DNA of 63,866 bases, filler included, from Vicugna vicugna (lineage: Eukaryota), in assembly GCA_013265495.1 (NCBI GenBank). It is 82 parts of 77 records of this genome, joined end to end, with 100 filler letters (N's around TTAATTAATTAA, not from the genome) between each part and the next. Parts side by side here need not be neighbours in the genome. Positions count along the whole stretch, not along the records: positions 63,068 to 63,866 come from PNXW01005016.1; 81 more parts are not named here. One strand, 5' to 3'. Below the pieces are notes generated by a model. The model ran no database searches, was not told the origin of the DNA, and saw only the letters and a program-made list of their open reading frames with translations. Position 1 is the stretch's first letter. Each line of letters begins with the position of its first letter. Position numbers and translations under genes: made by a program. This document shows positions 63,068 to 63,866 of this stretch, in pieces.

Positions 63068-63866
63068 ATGCTAGGGGTGATTGCAGGGTATCCCAGTGAC
63101 AGAGGCTGCCTCAACCAAAGTAAAGGAATGTATTTCTCGGACTTACCCGAACAGGGAACACCTGTGACTGAAAAGAGCTGCGTGGGGTTCTCTCTCGAGC
63201 TCCCCCACGCACTGACAATGCTTCCGGAATCCTGAGCGTGCGGAGGTTCCACCAACGGTCGGCAGCGCGTGGGTTCTAACGGAATGCCTAAGCTTGTCTC
63301 CCCTGTGGGTTTTCCTATTGTCTCTGTGCCAGGGAATGCTAGGGGTGATTGCAGGGTATCCCAGTGTCAGAGGCTGCCTCAACCAAAATAAGGGATGGTA
63401 TTTCTCGGACTTACCAGAACAGGGAACACCTATGACTGAAAAGAGCTGCGTGGGTTTCTCTCTCGAGCTCCCCCACGCACTGACAATGGTTCCGGAACCC
63501 TGAGCGTGGGGAGGTTCTACCAACGGTCGGCAGCGCGTGGGTTCTAACGGAATGCCTAAGCTCGTCTCCCCTGAGGGTTTTCCTAATGTCTCTGTGCCAG
63601 GGAATGCTAGGGGAGATTGCAGGGTATCCCAGTGTCAGAGGCTGCCTCAACCAAAATAAGGGATGGTATTTCTCGGACTTACCAGAACAGGGAACACCTA
63701 TGACTGAAGAGAGCTGCGTGGGTTTGTCTCTCGAGCTCCCCCACGCACTGACAATGGTTCCGGAATCCTGAGCGTGGGGAGGTTCCACCAATGTTCGGAA
63801 GTGCGTGGGTTCTATCGGAATGCCTAAGCTCGTCTAACCTGAGGGTTTTCCTAATATCTCTGTGCC
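63068..63866 (-). repeat. Satellite A, three 268 bp monomers
   Basis: ctagggg(t/a)gattgcagggtatcccagtg at 63071, 63339, 63607. Confidence 0.96.

Noticed and set aside
62485..63791. Repeated 60-126 aa ORFs in satellite A
   Set aside because: Satellite-derived, frames not conserved between copies, no protein similarity recognised.
1..63866. A novel multi-gene system (operon, CRISPR, defence or mobile cassette)
   Set aside because: Eukaryotic, fragmented, repeat-dominated sequence with no real gene neighbourhood; nothing supports such a system.

Overview
This is not a contiguous locus. It is about 80 short (50 bp to 1.9 kb) unplaced mammalian scaffolds concatenated with an artificial 100-bp spacer (N44-TTAATTAATTAA-N44, stop codons in all six frames), so neighbouring pieces carry no synteny information. 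A Vic-1-like SINE (46041-46189) points to a camelid genome. Content is mostly tandem repeats, labelled here with working names: a 267-268 bp GC-rich satellite (A), a 249 bp satellite (B), a diverged ~265 bp higher-order family (C) that appears to link A and B, an AT-rich ~740 bp trimeric satellite of ~247 bp subunits (D), and a 7-mer-based (AGAATAT) satellite with a ~126 bp unit (E). There are also many LINE-1 fragments. Gene-related sequence is limited to a JMJD4 terminal-exon fragment, a degenerate ANO6 exon copy, two CpG-island promoter/first-exon fragments and two weak candidate exons. I found no support for a new protein-coding or prokaryote-type system; the best leads are satellite architecture and ancestry, and multicopy duplicated segments. 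All periods and alignments were read by eye.
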